61,266 nt of DNA, taken from positions 1 through 61,266 of the forward strand of contig JALTLO010000088.1 of assembly GCA_027001995.1 (NCBI GenBank), given 5' to 3'. The position numbers and the translations under genes are program-made. The notes below the pieces were generated by a model. That model had not been told where the DNA came from, made no database searches, and saw only the letters and a program-made list of their open reading frames with translations. This document shows positions 58,527 through 61,266 of the stretch, piece by piece. The DNA comes from Planctomycetota bacterium. Lineage in GTDB: Bacteria; Planctomycetota; GCA-002687715; DRQF01. Position 1 is the stretch's first letter. Each line of letters begins with the position of its first letter.

Positions 58527-61266
58527 ATGATTAAAAAGATGCAGTTTGTCCAACGAGCGACCTCTGGCGGCATTTTGGCTTTCTTGCTCCTTTGGTTTGT
58601 TGATCTATGCCGCTTGCAACCGGTGGAGCCTGAGGAATTTGAGGCTTTGGCTGTGTTGCTGCGTCGCCTCTTCCTGCTGGGGGCGGGCGTGGGGGGAGCC
58701 CTTGGCCTTCTCGGACTCTTCATCTTGGGGTTGGAAGCCCTGGGGGGAAAGCTGGGCAAGCGTCCCCAGTTGCTTCCGGCCTTCTTTCTGGCAGTCGGAT
58801 TCCTACCTTACCTTTTCTATTTGAGCAGCCATCTTCTTTCTGGGGCTCGCATGGCCAAGATGGGCTGGATCGATTTGGCTCGCCTCTTTTTGCCTTGGGT
58901 CATGGGAGCCTTGGTCTTTCTCGGGCTCTATTGGGCCCTTAAGGTCTCGGCCTGGGCCAGAAGCAAAGGACTGGGTCCTCTTCGCTGGCTTGGCGGGTTC
59001 TTGGTGACTGTGGCGGTTCTCTTCCAACTCTTTGATTTTCGGTTTTATCCTGGTCTTTACCTTTACCTTCATGACCTTCTTTTTGTTGGCGGAGCTGTTG
59101 TCGGGACCTATGGTCTTCTTTGCTTCATACCCAGGAAGGGAAAGGCTGTTCGTTGGTCCGCGCTCATTCTCATTGCTTTACCCCTGGCATTTTTTGGGGA
59201 TCGCCGAGAGAGTCCAACGATCCACCAACGTTCGATTTTGTTTCGTCAAACCACCCAGGGACGTCGGGTTTTGGGCCTATGGAAACGTGCAGGGGCAGAT
59301 CATGTGGGACTTTTCAACGACCTGAGTTTGAGCGCCGATTTTCAAGCCAATCGCCGCCAGGTCAAAATGCGTCTTGATGGTGCACGTTTGGAATTGGCCC
59401 TACGCTTGGGGGACCAACCAGTGAAAAACATCCTTTGGATCACCATCGACACCTTGCGGGCCGATCATTTGTCGGCCTATGGTTACAAGCAGCAAACATC
59501 GCCGAACTTGGACGCCCTTGCTAAGTCGTCGGCTTTGTTCTTGACTCACTACGCGCAATTTCCGATCACCAGTTTCTCCTTTCAGTCGATGTTCTTTAGT
59601 CGCTATCCTTCTGCCACACCGCTGTTTCGCTTGGCCAAGAATCTCCCTGACGATAAGTCGCAAAACATTTCTTTCGCTCAACAATTGACTGACCAGGGTT
59701 TCAAGACGGTTTCTTTTCCGGCCATTGGCGAAGACGGTTTGACTCATCCCCACTATGAAGCTCTGGCTCTTGGTTTTCAGGAGCTTAACCCGGGGGCACC
59801 GACCAAGAGAGGATTGTCTGCTGAAGACCAAAGTCGCTACGCCACTCAACGGCTTCGTGAACTGCAAAACGATCGCTTTTTCATGTGGGTTCATTTCATG
59901 GACCCTCATGCACCCTATGTGCGGCATGAAGTGGGGCAGTCAGGTGGGCGCGGTTTGAATAACTACGATTCGGAGATCGCCTATGTCGATCAAGCTATTG
60001 GCACACTTTTGGAAACATTGAAAACGCTTGGCCTTGATCAAACAACGGCAGTTGTCATAAACGCTGACCACGGCGAAGCCTTTGGAGAACATAGTTCCCA
60101 GTTTCACGGGACGACCCTCTACGACGAACAGTTACGCATCCCCTGTTTGATTCATGTGCCCAAGTTAGGCCAACAGTCGATTAAGGCGGCCACCAATAAT
60201 GTTGACTTGATGCCAACTCTCTTGGACTTGGTGGGCGTGAAACCACGGACTCCCATGCAAGGGCAGTCTCTTGTAGGTTACCTCATGGACGGAGACGCCA
60301 CACCGCTTGGGCCTTTGCCCTTTGCTTACGCTGAGATTCCTGCAGCGATTCCGGAGATGTCGCCAGCGAACACCAATAAACAGATGATTGTTGAAGGTCG
60401 ATTCAAACTATTGGCGAATCAACGCAATAGCTTTGTTGAACTCTATGATTTGGAAGCGGACCCCCTTGAGCTGAAGAATATCGCCGATCGAGAGCCGGAG
60501 ATAAGGGACCGCCTTCTGTCCGTAATTAAGAGCCTTCAGCATGAAGGCAAGAATCTTAACTTGCCCCCAGGGTCCAAGAGCGAAGAAGACATCTTGGCGG
60601 ATTTGCGGGTGTCCTTAATGGGCGGAACTGTGCCGTCTCGAATTCAGCTCCTTAAAGAACACCTTCGTCGGAATCATCCTGAGATGGTCAAGATTGCTCT
60701 CGAAAGGTTGGAAGCGCCAGAGGAGCATGACTTAGTTAAACTTACGATTCTGGAGTACGGGGCGGATCTTTTGGGTGATCTCCTCTTGCCCTACATGAGG
60801 CAAGTCTTGACATCGCCACCGAATCTGGGAGCTGCAGCGTTGGTCCTCGACTTGTGGAAGGAGAGGAAACTTCCATTGCTGGGCTCGGACATTGAGTTGG
60901 TCGCCGCCAATATGAAGCGTCATCCCCATGTCGGTTGGCGCGCAGCTATTCTCTTGGCCGAGCACGGCGACCTGAGAGCTAAGATGCACCTGATTCCAGC
61001 TCTCGCTCTTGGCGACAGAGAAACTCGTTTTGCTTCAGCTTGCGGCTTGGGCCTGATCGAGGACGGTGAAGGTCTGTCGGTTCTTGGTCGAGATTTCGTC
61101 TTTTTCTCTCATGACACCCGCCGTTGCGCGGAAGCGATTGTGGCTTTGACCAAGTTGGAAGATCGCAGTTGCCTTCCTTCGATCGTTGAGGTGGTTAAGA
61201 ATCGCTATCTTCACTATCAAGTTAAGCTGGCGGCTATGGATTACTTCTTGTCTTTGGATGGCGATG
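58527..61266 (+). CDS. Partial CDS (runs off the right edge): multi-TM N-terminus + alkaline-phosphatase/sulfatase-fold domain + HEAT-like repeats
   Basis: Read by hand, open from ATG 58527 to the end (>913 aa): NILWITIDTLRADHLSAYGY, WVHFMDPHAPY, YDSEIAYVD, ADHGEAFGEH...HG..LY.EQ..IP, ELYDL..DP.E..N. Absent from the ORF track because there is no stop in the window. Confidence 0.88.
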   Translation, partial: MIKKMQFVQRATSGGILAFLLLWFVDLCRLQPVEPEEFEALAVLLRRLFLLGAGVGGALGLLGLFILGLEALGGKLGKRPQLLPAFFLAVGFLPYLFYLSSHLLSGARMAKMGWIDLARLFLPWVMGALVFLGLYWALKVSAWARSKGLGPLRWLGGFLVTVAVLFQLFDFRFYPGLYLYLHDLLFVGGAVVGTYGLLCFIPRKGKAVRWSALILIALPLAFFGDRRESPTIHQRSILFRQTTQGRRVLGLWKRAGADHVGLFNDLSLSADFQANRRQVKMRLDGARLELALRLGDQPVKNILWITIDTLRADHLSAYGYKQQTSPNLDALAKSSALFLTHYAQFPITSFSFQSMFFSRYPSATPLFRLAKNLPDDKSQNISFAQQLTDQGFKTVSFPAIGEDGLTHPHYEALALGFQELNPGAPTKRGLSAEDQSRYATQRLRELQNDRFFMWVHFMDPHAPYVRHEVGQSGGRGLNNYDSEIAYVDQAIGTLLETLKTLGLDQTTAVVINADHGEAFGEHSSQFHGTTLYDEQLRIPCLIHVPKLGQQSIKAATNNVDLMPTLLDLVGVKPRTPMQGQSLVGYLMDGDATPLGPLPFAYAEIPAAIPEMSPANTNKQMIVEGRFKLLANQRNSFVELYDLEADPLELKNIADREPEIRDRLLSVIKSLQHEGKNLNLPPGSKSEEDILADLRVSLMGGTVPSRIQLLKEHLRRNHPEMVKIALERLEAPEEHDLVKLTILEYGADLLGDLLLPYMRQVLTSPPNLGAAALVLDLWKERKLPLLGSDIELVAANMKRHPHVGWRAAILLAEHGDLRAKMHLIPALALGDRETRFASACGLGLIEDGEGLSVLGRDFVFFSHDTRRCAEAIVALTKLEDRSCLPSIVEVVKNRYLHYQVKLAAMDYFLSLDGD

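Noticed and set aside
58517..61220. The many short ORFs listed in the last 2.7 kb, which suggest a pseudogene or non-coding region
   Set aside because: A single uninterrupted plus-strand frame from 58527 covers the whole region

Overview
61-kb bacterial chromosomal window (roughly 52-55% GC by eye, densely coding). The gene repertoire suggests Planctomycetota (inference): a prenyltransferase/squalene-oxidase-repeat protein, a sulfatase-like HEAT-repeat protein and large secreted proteins. No rRNA, tRNA, CRISPR or mobile element was recognised. In order, the window holds: (i) a minus-strand operon of two c554-type multiheme cytochromes, a beta-barrel-like protein and a His-containing membrane protein, running off the left edge; (ii) an ArsR-TauE-persulfide dioxygenase-rhodanese sulfane-sulfur operon with a 36-bp palindromic operator; (iii) a beta-propeller/di-heme peroxidase-like secreted protein; (iv) assorted enzymes, plus a candidate sigma54-driven ~135-nt four-way-junction RNA at 15.6-15.7 kb; (v) a beta-oxidation cluster; (vi) a TonB receptor-YfiR-hybrid kinase trio; (vii) pyrC, mutM, mog and DPP-IV; (viii) an MNIO (DUF692)/DUF2063 RiPP cluster with two Cys-rich precursors carrying Tat plus lipoprotein signals; (ix) lon with a sigma54 promoter; (x) a membrane sulfatase-fold/HEAT protein, missing from the ORF track, running off the right edge. 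The best novelty candidates are the Tat-lipoprotein bufferin-like RiPP system, the sigma54 structured RNA and the porin-cytochrome operon. All calls come from motif reading only; no database searches were run.
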